Shown here in pieces: positions 1 through 13,430 of a stretch of 64,000 bases of DNA. Position 1 is the first letter of the stretch. Each line of letters opens with the position of its first letter. This stretch comes from Callorhinchus milii (taxonomy: Eukaryota), in the NCBI RefSeq assembly GCF_018977255.1, contig NW_024704742.1, positions 35,466,001-35,530,000 of the forward strand. The letters run 5' to 3'. The notes under the pieces are model-generated. The model did not search any database. It saw nothing but the letters and a program-made list of their open reading frames with translations, and was not told where the DNA came from. Both the position numbers and the translations under genes were made by a program.

Positions 1-1481
1 CAAAGTAGGCGCGCTTTGTCAGGTTTCGACTCGAATATCCATTTTGCATCTCAAGTACAGTATCGAAAGTGACTGCATCATTCGAGCTTTTTTTCAGCTG
101 CTGCTTTTTTCTCCCCCACAGTGTTTCCGCTCACACTGACATCATTTGGGATTGTCGTGTTGACAAGACGGTTGGAAAATATTGCATTAAATATATTATT
201 CCTCAATATTTGGGAAGGGGCTACAAAAGGAATAAAAAACTTGATATTTTGGCTAGAAATAGGGTACCTATTTCTCTATTGTATATAACCAGTGTAAAGT
301 ACCTTTTAAAATCCAAGCAAAGCAGATACGGTAATAGGTCATTCAATGTCAAAAGGCATAAAAAAGATGAGCAAAATCTTCACAGGCTGCTGCTTGCTGT
401 TGCCTTTAATTATATTAATTAAACTTTGAAATTCTCATGCAAAGAGAGTTGCTGGCTTGTGACACTGCCGAGCCCTTGGAGATTTGAAGAATGGGAGAAT
501 ACCAGCATACACAACCTTGGGTTGTAACAGGACTGCTCCGTTCTATTTTATTTATTTCTTTGTTTAATAAAAGTAAGCAGATCAGTGAGTGTGCCCTAAT
601 ATGATGACGTTTTATGCGCTACTGAACACAAGACCAGAGGAATGGCAAAACACCAGCCACTATCCCAGGGCCTCCGAACATCACCGTCTCAATTTCTGCA
701 GAAGATCTTTGGTTATAGGCTGTGCTGCTATAAGATAACGCTCTATTAATTCTCTTTCCCTGGAACATAATGAAAGAAAGGTGTCTTCAAAAACTAAAGG
801 GCAAAGTCTAGCTGATTCCTATACCTTGGGGCATCCTGTCTACATTTTGTCATGCGTGTGCACTTTTCAGTGGAAAATGACAAGATTTACAGTCAGAAGG
901 CTCCCGTAAGGCATTGTAAAGTGGTGAAGTTGGAAAGATTTTGTGATGTGACATCGCCAAAAGGCAATGAACTTTTGCACTGAGTAGGCCTGGTGGGATT
1001 GCTGCTCCGCCTGTGGCTAATAGGCTCTATTTTGACAATACACTCTGTCTGTAAAATTTGGTTATCCAAAACAGCACACTGTGGGCAAACCACAATCGCA
1101 CTGGAAAGAAAGTTCTAAGTGACCATAAAATGGTAAGAATTGATGGATTTTCTTGTGTGCTTGTTTTGGGTTTCTGCCGTTGCTGAGGTGTCATTACACT
1201 GGGTGTGTTAATTGCGGTGAAAAGCAGATAGAGAGATCATCCGTGAAGTTATCTCGGTATACTTCTCGTAGCGGAGTACTGAGGAAGGAATGTTCGTCAT
1301 TCCAGCTGCAGTTTTGTGACAAGAGCAAATCCAAAGCACAGCAGAGATGATTTATTTCATATATTAGAAGAACCTTTTGCGTAACGTGGTAAATATCCAT
1401 TAAGAGTGCGGATCCCTGCACAGTTCCTCAGCAGGTAATACAGATAATGATGTGACTCAAGCTTCACCGACTTCACTCTCC
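1..1481 (-). other. ANTXR2: Probable ANTXR2 3' UTR (3' end undetermined)
   Basis: Directly follows the TAG and is free of recognisable repeats. Candidate AATAAA signals on the minus strand at 1351-1356, 551-556 and 547-552. May extend beyond position 1. Confidence 0.6.
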
Positions 1482-1511
1482 CTAAACTCGGTTGAAGTTT
1501 ATGCACCGGCC
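1482..1511 (-). CDS. ANTXR2: ANTXR2 terminal coding segment including the stop codon
   Basis: Strong acceptor gtttctgtctttgcag, then GGC CGG TGC ATA AAC TTC AAC CGA GTT TAG = GRCINFNRV*. This matches the short ANTXR2 C-terminus GRCINFSRVPSQ; ANTXR1 has a long Pro-rich tail instead. Confidence 0.93.
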   Translation of the reverse strand, partial: GRCINFNRV

Positions 1512-2066
1512 CTGCAAAGACAGAAACAATAACAGTGAGTAATATGATGTATAACAATACATATTATATAAATAACTAAGAGCTAAAGTGGAACGTAATC
1601 ATGTTATTAATATATAAATAATTAGAATAGTTAGTATCCTTAAATAAAATACACTAGTGATGCTCCAATTGTAACCAATAACCTGGGTGCAACAGCAATC
1701 ATTTCCCCAGTTTTACACAACCCCAGAATGAAACCAAATAACTAATTTTATATTATGGTGAACTTTATTTCAGATCCTGTTACATGTAACTTGAGTCTTT
1801 AGAACTGATTCTGCTCTTCATTTCATACGTTCCTAATTGTTAGTTATCATTCGATTATATACCTTCAGGCTACGTGACTAAATGCCAAAAAAACTATGAA
1901 AATAATAGATAAGCAACTTATAATAATGAAAATAACTTTCAGAAGACCAGGTGGTGCAGAAGGTTATAACATTATATTTTCACCTGAAAGATTATGGGCT
2001 ACGTTCAGCTCAGATTGCTCAGCTAAAAGTCTCCTTTAATGACTAAGTTGTCAATTGCAACCCAAG

Positions 2067-2222
2067 GCCTGGAATTCTTCCTAGTGCTAAAATGCACTTT
2101 TGGAAAATTCTTAAATTCAGTCATAATTTAAAAGATAGTTTTATTCCATTCTATTTAAGAATTACAGAAAACCGGTTTCCAAATTCTGACTGAAATTAAG
2201 ATTGTTTTCCAAAATTCCAGGC
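2067..2222. repeat. Palindromic (MITE-like) element, family A
   Basis: gcctggaatt (2067-2076) pairs with aattccaggc (2213-2222); inner arm ttttggaaaattcttaaattcagtcataattt pairs imperfectly with 2181-2214. Confidence 0.7.
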
Positions 2223-4264
2223 AGCCCTAAATTGTAAGTCAATGGTATTAATGCTAAGACCATGAACAACAACAAAATTACATGTGTATAGCGCCTTTCA
2301 CGTCAGGAGGACGTCCCAAGGCGCTGAAACAGTTCAGGCATCTATTTCTAAGTGGATGAGTGTCCACAGCATAAAGGAGAGCTAATAAATGAATATTAAA
2401 CTACTCGGAAAGACCACAGGGATGCTGCTGGGAGAAGATGGAATGTCACACGGGTGCAGTAGGGGGTGCTCTTTTGGAGTTGGGAGGTCCATGGACTTTA
2501 GCCATGGTAAATCTCGCTCAGCGGTGCTTGATGTTCACACTGTTGCTCAAGAAAACAAAAGTCCATTGATCTTCCCTTTGATGAACGTAATATTGATATT
2601 CCTGAAAAATTCAGAAAGCATGTTTTGGTCTTGTTAAGGATGTGGAATGCTTTTTTCTAATTGTACTCTGAGGGATTTCAGGTATGTACAAAGCCTTGAA
2701 AGGGAAGAATTTTAATGAAAGAGCATGTTTTTTTTCTTAAACTTAAATGTTGACATTGTAATCTAATGCAGTACATAAAAACATTATCAGTCTAGTGAAC
2801 CTAGAAAATCTAATGATAATAATTCTTATATTTGACAAAGCGCCCTTTCACATTGAAAGACGTCACAAAACGCTTCAGAGGATACACTGTAAAGTGAGGT
2901 GATTTTGTATTTTGGGGGCAAAATTTGCACACAGCAACATTCCATAAACAGCCATGAAGTGACTGCCCAATTTTATTTGGGGGATTGTTTGCCAGGATAC
3001 TGGGAGAAACTCCTCAAAATAATGTGTATGCACTTCAGGCATTGGCTTCACTATGGAACTATGTCAAATATAAGGACTATTTTATTAATCTGACATTTTA
3101 TCCATCATAAAGGTCTCCACAGTTAACAGGATGGAATTTAGTCAAGATGACCAAAGTTATGATGAAGTAGAAGCAGCCAACAGAAATCAAAACCTTATAA
3201 ATTAAGCATATTGGGAGCCAACAATACTGACAGCTGATATATCGAAGCAGCTTTTTACAATGGTGACTACATTTGAGGTGCTGCAGAAGAACCGAGAACC
3301 TTGGCATTATATTTTTGAGCACCCTGTACTCATCCACATAGCATTAGCTTGCACCTGTGATGTATACAGGATTTAAGTGCTTGGATAAACGTATGTAGGA
3401 TTAGTACTGATTTCTCTTGATTGCAGAAACAAAACAGTTGGGCACTGCCACAAAGGAACAGTACAGAGCATCAGAGACTTAGTTTACAAGGGAGGATACA
3501 GTGAGAGAAGAGTCAACAGCAACAACAACACTTTTGAGGTTTATGGGGCAACTGTTTCTTCTTGTTGTTTAGGAATGAGCTTGATGGGCATTTACATAAT
3601 CTGTCAAATAATAATCCTTGCATTTGATATAGTGGCTTATCTTTGAGATGTCTTCACAGAATATACTGCAAAGTGAATTGTTTGTATATTTTGTGGGAGA
3701 AGTAGGGAAATTAGTTTCTACAGATGGTGAAGATGCATATCAAGGACAACAGAGTGAAATTCTCATGTCTGAAGTGATAATTAGGACCATATAACATTGT
3801 TGAAAAGTGTTATACCAACATTTCTTTAATTATAAACATGTCTTGAAGTGAATACCACCCATATCCCCACGCCTGGACTGTGCTACAATGGTTTGGCACA
3901 GAGCCAGTCAAGTTCTCTGAGGATCTGCCATCCATGATCACTGCATTTCATGGAGTCTAGTCATGGAGTCACACTGAAAGTCAATTTAATATTCCAACTG
4001 AGCAAAAGTCCAATCTGTTCCATAAAAGTTATTTTTTACTGGGCATAGTATTCCTGACAAATTATGGACAATCTATCATTAAGTAGATTTTAACTTTTGC
4101 TAGTAATTTTAAACGTAATATTTTGGATTTATACATAGTGTAATATTTTTAATTACACACTTAACCTACAGCACCATTTTTATATGGTATGAGGAGGAGA
4201 AACACAAAAATCAATATATTATATTCCTATATAGTAATAATCCTTGCATTTGGTATAGTACTTT

Positions 4265-4422
4265 TCATATACTATGCCCCAAAACTCTGGAACACTCTTC
4301 CTCTATTCCTCCCTTCCCCATCTTCAGGTTGTGCTTCCTCTTCAACTGTGCCTACGGTCACTGTCAAGCTCTGGAATGCTACCCTGCCTGAGGGCTGCTA
4401 TATAAATGCAAGTTGTTGTTGT
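4265..4422 (+). mobile_element. L2 LINE 3' end remnant
   Basis: tatgccccaaaactctggaacactcttcct (YAPKLWNTLP, typical of the L2 ORF2 C-terminus) followed by the tail ctatataaatgcaagttgttgttg. Confidence 0.7.
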
Positions 4423-4813
4423 TAATATCTCAAAATGCTTCACAAGATTTACTGTGAAATGTACTAATAGTGTATTTGTAGACGAATGCGACAGCCAATT
4501 TGTGCACAACAATGTCACAGAAAAAGTCACAAAATGAATGACCATGTTGGGAGGATCTCTGGCAGGAACACCAGGAAAACCTCCCTTCCCTTTTTGAGTG
4601 GTGCCTTGGGATCTTTAACATCCACCTGAGCAGACAGACCGGACCTCAGTTAAACAACTCATCCGAAGGACTGCACGTCCGACAATGCAGGGTTTCCCCA
4701 ACACTGCATTGGAGTGCCAGTCTTGTGTTGTGAGTGTTGAAGTCCTGACTTGGGGTTTTGGATGCCCAACCTTCTGACTCAGAGCTGAGAGTGCTAGTAA
4801 CTGAGCCAGATTG
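4423..4813 (-). mobile_element. DeuSINE (SacSINE1/AmnSINE1-like), near full length
   Basis: Minus strand reads a tRNA-like head (tggctcagttactagcactctcagctctgagtcagaagg), a central ccttcggatgag...aaagatccc block and the Deu-like gtgcacaaattggctgtcgc block. Confidence 0.8.
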
Positions 4814-5109
4814 ACACATAATACAGGAAAGCTATTGTCGTTGACTCTGTGCAGTAGTTTAAAAACGGATATGCCAGCTTGCTCCAAACCAGGAAAGGAT
4901 ATATTACTAGAATTGCTCAGGAACAGTATCCTATAACTATGGAGAATGGCATTCCAAAGTGCTGCAGATTCTCGGAGATTGGCTCTAGGCAGTCTATCAA
5001 CAGAGTGAAACATACGGTAGGCTTTCGCTTTCTTCCCACATGCCATTAATCTTCAACAAGAGGAGAATAAAACATGCTCCAGAATGGCATTATGAATCTG
5101 ACTGAGAAC

Positions 5110-6290
5110 ATGTTTTGCACAAGCCTGCAATCGCTGTCAGTTGTACCCAAATTATTTTCCTTCTCCAGATCTACTAATAGTAGACACCTTGATTTTGAAA
5201 GTATTTACTCTTTCTTGTTCCTATGTGCATTATCCTGCATTTAAATCTATTTGTCAGCTTTTGACCAGCTGCTTAATTGAACCAGATCCTGTTAAATGCT
5301 ATTTATATATCCAACTGCTTCCCTGCACAAGTCAGATATTACTGTCAATTCCATTTAACTCAATTGCATTTGGTAAGGTCTTGTGTGGCACCTTATCAAA
5401 TGCCTTCTCAAAATCTATATCCTCCTTTAACTGTGAAATAACATTGTTTGGATTGAGAGCCAAAATACACCTTTCACAATCCCATGTTGACTCTCCCTGA
5501 TTTGTGCATATTTATACAGTTACTCTGTGGTGATGGATTCCAGCAATTTTTCCATAATTTATGTTATCGTTACTTCCTTGCTTCTTGAATAATGGAGGCA
5601 TATTTGCTACCTCCACTTCTCAAATCCAGTGAGCCTTAAAAAAATGTAACTAATTCATCTAGAATTTCTTCACTTACTTCTTTTAAACTATCTGGATCAG
5701 GAGATTTATCTGACTTCAGTCCCGCTAGTTCACCCATCAAAATATTAATATTTATGTTAAGACTATTCAGTTTCTCCCCTTCACTAAACTTTCACTCAGT
5801 AAAGTTTTCTCTGTATCTCTGGTATCAAATCCTTCTTCTGCAATGTAAATGCAAGCAATATATTGATTAAACATGTCTGTCTTTACCTCTACTATGGTCA
5901 GAACTATATGTTTTGGGTCCACCTATTTAACCGCTATCTTTCTCTTGATATAATTCTAAAAAGATTATCTGCAAGCTTTTTATCATATTCCCTCTTTAAC
6001 CTCCTCATGGCTTTCATGATATCTTTTTGTTGCTACCTATATTCCTCCCAGTCTCCAATCTGGTCAGTATCACTTGTCATTACATAAGCCTTTTCCATCA
6101 CAATATCCAATATAGCCAGGAGTGGGGAAAGCATAGCCTCCCATGATGGACGACATCTGATTTCTACACAGCCAATTCCTTTTATTATTTTAAAGATCCT
6201 ATTTGAATGCTTCTTAATGTCCTCAGACCTATGGAATGTAACCCAGATTCCCCAGCCTCTTTTCAAAAATACGAACATCCCATTAATCTT
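5110..6290 (-). mobile_element. Old, heavily decayed CR1 LINE ORF2 fragment
   Basis: gtggcaccttatcaaatgccttctcaaaatcta = DFEKAFDKVPH on the minus strand; upstream endonuclease-to-RT linker remnants; many indels. Confidence 0.7.
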
Positions 6291-6773
6291 CAATGATTAC
6301 GTTGATTGATATTGTTAACAGCATTTTATAGATCAAAAGTCTTCATTTTCTTATTGGCTCTAAATTTTGTGAAGCAATTTTTACAATATCTTTTCCTGGT
6401 AGTTAGACACACAAAGAGTGACTTGTTTTCTAGGTATTTAGATTGCACTGGAAGGAGGGGAAAAACTAATTTGGCTCATCAAGCACATTACCTTCACAGG
6501 TAACACCAAACCCAATGAAAACAAATGAAGTCCCATAAGCCTCTTTCCATATATTAATCTAAGTGTGGAATATAAACACTGGCACAAACTGGGTGGGTCG
6601 AGTGGTTTGTTTCTGTGCTGTACAGTCTCCGTAAATCCTTGTCTAGCTCTATTTATTTCCCTGTGGCAAATTTACACGTTTAAACATTTTATTATCCAGA
6701 GATCCTCCACCGTAGCTATTTTGCGCATTCATTGTCATTGTTCATTATTAGATGTTATCAAATAATGAACAAT

Positions 6774-6998
6774 GAAGTCCTGTAGCTCAGTAGTTAGAGA
6801 TTCGCCTCGCAAGCCAGAGACCTGAGTTCGATTCCCAGTCAGGCGAAACCTTGAGCAAGTTTCCTTACACCTGATAATAATCCCTCAGAAAAAAAACCAA
6901 TAATAAATTGGTCACTTCAATCCATGGCTGTTTGTGGGACACTGCTATGCACAATTGGCTGCCGCATTTCGTCCACAAATTTAGAGTCAATTCATTTT
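6774..6998 (+). mobile_element. tRNA(Ala)-headed SINE with Deu-like domain, internally deleted
   Basis: gtcctgtagctcagtagttagag (A box) ... gagttcgattccc (B box), then gtttgtgggacactgctatgcacaattggctgccgc. Same family as the copies at 21507 and 24745. Confidence 0.85.
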
Positions 6999-7899
6999 CT
7001 TCTTTTCTGTTCTTCACATTACAACCATCAGCATAGCAGTATTTCAGTTGTTATAGCAGGTATCAGGAGACACTATTCAAATCAGGTTTGCATTGATAAA
7101 TCTGCTAACTGCTATAACACTAAACTCTAATTATGGCTTTATCAGTGATGTAGTGTTGGAATGTCTTAATTCAATCTTTTGAGGGTGATTTGCCTATTGT
7201 TGGTAAACTGACAGTCCTTTGCCAGATAAATATAATTCACTCCTACACTCAATATTTTCATTATACGCTCACACTGCTAGGTCACTAAATTTCCTGACCA
7301 GTTGAGAATAAGATCCCCTTGAATCTAAATCCAATGAAGACTTAATCTTCACTAAAATAGTCTAGTTAAATGAATATTTTGTAAGTAAGTACTGGTGGCA
7401 ATGATTCTCTGTAGGTTTAATGAAGTTGACTGGAAGTTTCTGGTAAGTGGAACTGAAATCTTCTTGCTTGAGTTTCCCCAGTTGGGTAAGAAACTGCCAG
7501 GACCATTACTGTAGTACCATCACTGCCTGTTAGATAACTAGCAAAAATCATTGCTTTACCAACAGGTAATCATTTTGACAACCTGCTCTAAAGTCCTTTT
7601 GTTTCCTTTCTAGATTGAAGAGGCAAACATGAAATCCACAGAGTGGGTAAGATAACTGTTGTCAAGCACTTTATCATGATTTTGAAATCTCAAATTAAAA
7701 ATTATTAGATCTGTATTGAAATGTTGCTACATGCAAAAGGTCAGATAGGACAAAAGGACTGCTTACAAATAAAACTGCATACGACACGAATGGATATACA
7801 GCTACTGAGTCAGAAACTAATAGGGACTTGGTTAAAAATCTATTCTGACAGATTGGTGGCCAATAGTTGGTTCATATCATATTTCCCTAGAGATGAATT

Positions 7900-8200
7900 C
7901 CCATGATATCCTCCTAAATAAATTGAAGCAACATGGCCTTGTCTTTATTACTAATAAGTGTTTTTAATAGCTACTTTATTGATACAATACTGGTAATTAA
8001 GCTGCGCACTCTCCCATTAGACTTTAGAGTTGAGACATGTGGAACACCCAAAGGATCAATCCATGGCCAATTGCAGATCCAAATTACCCTCTGTGATCTG
8101 CCTACTTCACTGACATTGAACGCCACTCTAATGACTGATACCCAATTCTTACATCTCATGTCCTGTATCAAGAATGGGCTAATATAAAGCTTTTCTGTTA
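7900..8200 (+). mobile_element. Ancient LINE reverse-transcriptase remnant
   Basis: Translation TCGTPKGSIHGQLQIQITLCDLP...MTDTQ resembles the RT motif [22 protein letters not shown]...YADDTQ. Confidence 0.5.
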
Positions 8201-10859
8201 TAACCACCCTGTGATCGCACCATTTCCTGTATTAAGCAGCTTGGATAACTGTGCATTAACAAAGGGTTGACCTACAAAACACTCTGCCTTCCATGTGTTT
8301 CACGAAAATCTTTCACCCAGAACCAAAATTCTTTATCACAACTCAACCATGAATACCTCCCCAATATGAAACCAACTGGGTCTGTGTCACCACACAGTAC
8401 TCGATGACTGGAACATTTAACTTCTGCTTGGATATCGTCTGAATATGCTGCTAAAAGAAATCTACATTGCACATGCTTACAACCAACCGAAGAATTCAGT
8501 GAATAGCCACTTGGTTCAATTGCCTCAGTAGCCCTCTCAAGCATGTTGGCTACATGACAGAAACAGTATCTGTGAGCTTTGCATTATACATAGACTTAAC
8601 TACAATACAACAACTGCAGTATTTTTCACTGCTTTCCTCGTATTCCTCTGTATCCAATTAACAACAACAACTTGCATTTACATAGCGACATTCATGCTGG
8701 ACCACGTCTCTGAGCACTTTTAAGAGCTTGATACTCCTTTTTTCTATTTCGTAGACAAAAAAGTGTTGTGATGTATAATGCTTCTGTTCCTACATTATTT
8801 ATGATAACTTAATGGGAAGTTGTGAACACCGATTCTTATCTTTATACTCCCAAGCTGACAGTGTGGTGTTGAACTGTATCTTTTAGCTGCAATAAATGCA
8901 GTAATAGTCAATATGTGTATGCTGCTAAAGTCATTGCTTTTAGCTACTTTAAACATGACGAATGCGATGGTGAATATTTTATCAGGTGAAACAGAATATG
9001 AAACAAAATTTAAAGCAGAACAACTAAATTGATACGGTGAATAACACACATTAATCCAAAGCTAAAATTGTTGAATAAAAGATATGATTTCTATAATATG
9101 TTCACCATAGCATATTTAAGGAAGATAGTATAAATTCAACATTTGTTTCATGACCTTCATGAGCAAAAAATGAGTGGACGTACAGGTAAAGTGTGTTCAG
9201 TTTCAGAGCAAATGAAACCCTACTGTAAACAGTTTTATTCTAAAAGTATATTTGCCCACAAAATACAGTCACTGTACAGCGTATCTTGTGAAGCGCTTTG
9301 AGAAGCTCGATGACGAAATAACAACAACTTGCATGTAAATAGCGCCCTTCATGCCGGACGTCGTCTCAAAGAGCTTGAGATAAGGTGCAATATCAAATGT
9401 AATAATTATTTTTATATCTTTTTCTCTGGCGGTTCAGGCACCACAGAGCACTAGACCTGAATAAAATTCAGTCCAGGCAACTTAAATGAACATTGATTCT
9501 GGCAGCCGTCAGATTTCTACTCAAAATGATTTTAGGTCATCTCATCCCAGTCCCTAATGGAGGTCCACAACACAAATATTTTAGCATAACTTACCAATAT
9601 CTGGGAAGCTCTAAGGATTTTGAAGTGGGAAGTGGAAACATTAATTTTATTCCTGAAATGACTAGCACATATGCAGTAAAAAATATATTTCTTCTGTGTG
9701 CACAGTGTGTACAATTATTGTCTGTTAACACTACATAAGTTACCACTTTCAATATAAATCAAACTACTATCAATGAAATTGATTGGCATTAATCTGATAC
9801 AAACATGACAAAGATAGCTTTACAATATCTAACCAGCAGCTGTTGTCATTCTGTTTATGCACTATTTGGAGCAGGTTTCAATTCCTCACATTTGTTAAAT
9901 GACAACATACTTTTTATTACAGGAGAAACTAACACCATTGACTTGCTACTAATTTATCATATGGTAATAATAGCATTGCAACATGTGGTCTGTTTCAGGC
10001 TAAGTGAATCTGGGCCACAGAATAAAAGCTTGTAGGTGACATTACTAATGTAGCCAGCAAAAAGCTACATTGATTCCATGCTCATCAGTCAAGAAAGCAT
10101 TAACATCATCTTGACATTAAAATACTGGTATCTTTTTCCCTACCCTATGTATTTTTAAATCTTGGTTTTCAATCTATTACATTATTAGGCTCGCTTATGA
10201 TATTCAGTAAGTGCTGTAGAATCACTGATAAAGCAGACCCAGGAGTGATCACTATATTAGGAATACACAATGGGGCCAACTTACTGCAATACATTTTTTA
10301 TAAGATGATAAAGAAACTGCCTAAGTGCATACTTTACAAAATAACCTAGGTGAATAAACAGTCTTTGCAAAACCTGCTTTAGTTTCTTGGCTAAGGATTG
10401 TGTTGGCACAATGAGATGGAAGAAAGGAGAAATTATTTAATTATATTTAAAAATGATAATCTCACCGTAAAAGAAAGATATACCAGGAGCAGTGCGAAAA
10501 TATGCTAGAATTAACATTATTTCATCATTAAGATATTCACTGCAAAGTAAGACAGTTCAACCATACAGAAAATAAAGTGCTGAATCCATACATTTATTAT
10601 TAAGCTTGTGCAATTGGTGACATGAATAGCAACTGTAAAATCAGGCAAGTAACATAAAAATGCTCCATTTTCAGAACCAACTTGTCATAAAGATTGGAGA
10701 AATTGGGGCTGTTTGTCTCACTTACTGTACATTCTGTAGTTTCATTTGCTTCTTTAACAAAAAGATTCTTCATAGAGGTCACCTCACCCATGATGGCTGT
10801 TTGAAGATGGAAGGATTTTCTGAATACTGTTAAATTCAGTGGCTTAGGGGGAGCGTATT

Positions 10860-11035
10860 TCTTAAATGAGTTCTGGATCCTACCCTTCCAGGTAAACTGT
10901 CTAGTTATTGGTTTCCCTTTGGGTAAAACAAATACTTCCTGTTGTCTATCCTACAGCTGTCCTTTGCATTCTCAAAGTACTTTCTCAATACCATTTAAAA
11001 TTTTGTATAGCTTTATAAGATCTCTTCTAAAAAAG
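10860..11035 (-). mobile_element. Decayed CR1 ORF2 C-terminal fragment
   Basis: Minus-strand translation FRRDLIKLYKILNGIEKV matches the CR1 motif LRGDLIEVYKILxGxDKV. Confidence 0.65.
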
Positions 11036-12629
11036 TGAGCCTCAGGAAATTGAGCCTCAGGAAAGCAGTAGAGCTGCTGGTGCCTCGCCCCACACCCCAT
11101 ACTTTTCCAACAGGGAATTCCACTGAGGTCATGCAAAATCCTGAAATCTGTCTTCAAAGTAATATTGGATTGAGGCGCAGGTTACACCGAAAAGTCACTT
11201 TCTCTGACAGGGAGGCATCAGTATCCCGGTTGCTTTCTTGAAGAGTGTTTGTTCAACACTCAAACATAAAGCAAACTTAATTTAATAAAACATCTCATCA
11301 TACAATGACATGTTATTGTAAATATAATCCGCAGTGTATTCAATGCTTATTTGTATGAATTAGAATCAGTTATAATTTGCCTACAAAGTACACAGTCACT
11401 ACACTTTACAGTAAAACCTGTGAAGCAATTTGAGGCGTGAAATTTCCTGTCATGAAAGGTTCAATATCAAATGTAAGGATTATTAATATTATTTATCATC
11501 CAATTCCTTCATGTGGAATTCTTTTCTTTGGAAATCATTGTAAAATTAAGTGAACAAGTTGCACTGCTATAATATTTTTATTTCATATTCTCTAAATATG
11601 AAGGAACTATCTGCACAACTTTGAAACTTATAGCTTTTATTTAAAGCAGGGCAGCAATATAAAGTAGTGATTTTGTTGATGGAGAAATTTATAATTCATA
11701 TTTTTGGGTAATTTTTATGTCATCACTTTCATAATGAACCAGTTACTGCAGAATCTGTGATACCCAACGATTTCAAGTAAAGCTTGTTCAGTTCTACTCA
11801 AGAAAATATACCATGCACAGCTGAAAAGCCCTGTGATCTGTGGGCAATTTCAGCAGAAGTTTCGTAATACAGCTGCAACGGAAGACAGGATGTGGCTTTC
11901 AATTGACCAGATGAACCTTTTAGCTTTTTGTTGTCGTGTAATTACATTTGGCCATGAAATGCTTCGAGAATCAATGATACAATTCCTTCCTTGTACTTCT
12001 GAATGTTTCAGTCACACAAAGACTAACAGTGTGTTTCAGTGAACAACAGATAAAATTATTTGGTTGCTGGGAAATAAAAAGTGAATTTTTTTTCTGTGAT
12101 GGTAGATAATTGGAAGATGCTGACTGCAGATGTTTCCTGTTTTATAGACTATCACATTTCTCAAAATGCTCTTCCTTGGTTTCATCATAACAAATGTGTG
12201 TTGCTGCCAAGTAACAGCTCTGGGCATAGCCTCTTGCTGTTTTAAACCTATTTTCAGATAACTGCCAGTAGATTGGCCAACTCTACCTCACAGAAGGTAC
12301 GGCAGGTGCAGATGGTACTAATGCATGAATGTAATCCAGGCAGATTTTCAGCATAGGGAGTCCAGATCCAAGTATCCAATGGATTGCAAATGACTGCAGT
12401 GCACTCATACGTTTCCAAGGATTACCAAGGTTAAAGAATGATAAACTGCATATCCTGCTGGGAGGAAAACATATCTGGAAATGTTTTAAATTAATTCTCA
12501 AAGTATTTTACTGAATCTAAAAGAGACTATTCATATGTACTCAAAGGAAGAATGTAAGGCGATACATCTGTGCATCACACTATTGGGAGTCAGGATGTTG
12601 TGTCCAGATGTGACATTATGTTGTACTGT

Positions 12630-12745
12630 TTCACCCACAAAATATATAGTCAATTCACTTTACAGTATATACTGTAAAGCGTTTTGAGACGTCTCGAAGA
12701 CGCGATAAGCCACTATATGAAACGCAAGGATTACTATTATTATTC
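12630..12745 (+). mobile_element. SINE 3' tail fragment
   Basis: gtcaattcactttacagtatatactgtaaagcgttttgagacgtctcgaagacgcgataag...caaggattactattatt, matching the tail of the 21507 SINE. Confidence 0.8.
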
Positions 12746-13204
12746 TTACTGCTCTATTATCTGAGATTCTGTACTCCATTTTTGGACACCTTGTGTTTCA
12801 GTACGATCGTACATTTATAAAACACAATTCATGCAAATTAGCTAAGAAAAACATTTCTTCTAGCTTGCACCTCATCCCCCACTTTATCGCTCTTCAAGTC
12901 CCATCGTAACACCGACCGCTTAGTCCATGCCTATGGACACCTATTCCTTCTCCACTGCTTGGCATCCTTCTCTGCCTCTGTAAAGCTCTCTGAGACATTA
13001 GTCTACATGAAGGGCAAGGCGTTGCTTTACTTTCCATCCTCTTCTGAAGATGCAGATTTATGTTGAGTTATGTTTCTAAGGGCAGCAAAACCCTGTATCT
13101 TACTTAAATAGAGTAATATTAATGTATTTAAAGTATTAAATACATTAATAATGGATAGTTATTTGGGTAGAAGGGTTGTGTGTGGGAGAGTGGAGGAGGG
13201 AGAA

Positions 13205-13430
13205 CCGCATTTGAGCTCAGTACTACCCTCACACAACATCCACACTTGTACCTTTTCCAATAGACTCAGTGGGTAATAATCAGTAGTAGAAATCCTGGCT
13301 AACTTTTCTTCTCCACACACCTAGATACCTTGAGGTCATCAGTAGTGTCCTGATTGACATTAGCTAATTTGAACAAACGAGGAATCAAACTCTGGTCCTT
13401 TCTTAAATTTATAGCTCAATACCACATCAA
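13205..13430 (-). mobile_element. AmnSINE2-like ancient SINE
   Basis: Minus strand ggtattgagctata...gtttgattcc...ttagctaatgtc...aaaagttagccaggatttctactactgat...gtgtggatgttgtgtgagg resembles the AmnSINE2 consensus as recalled. Confidence 0.5.

Noticed and set aside
1357..1557. 66-aa minus-strand ORF with a hydrophobic N-terminus as a secreted peptide
   Set aside because: It spans the intron acceptor and overlaps the ANTXR2 terminal exon in another frame; the hydrophobicity comes from T-rich intron sequence.
11036..11064. Tandem tgagcctcaggaaa duplication as a CRISPR-like or regulatory repeat
   Set aside because: Only two units with no spacer; a local duplication at the edge of a CR1 remnant. 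No CRISPR array is present in this eukaryotic DNA.
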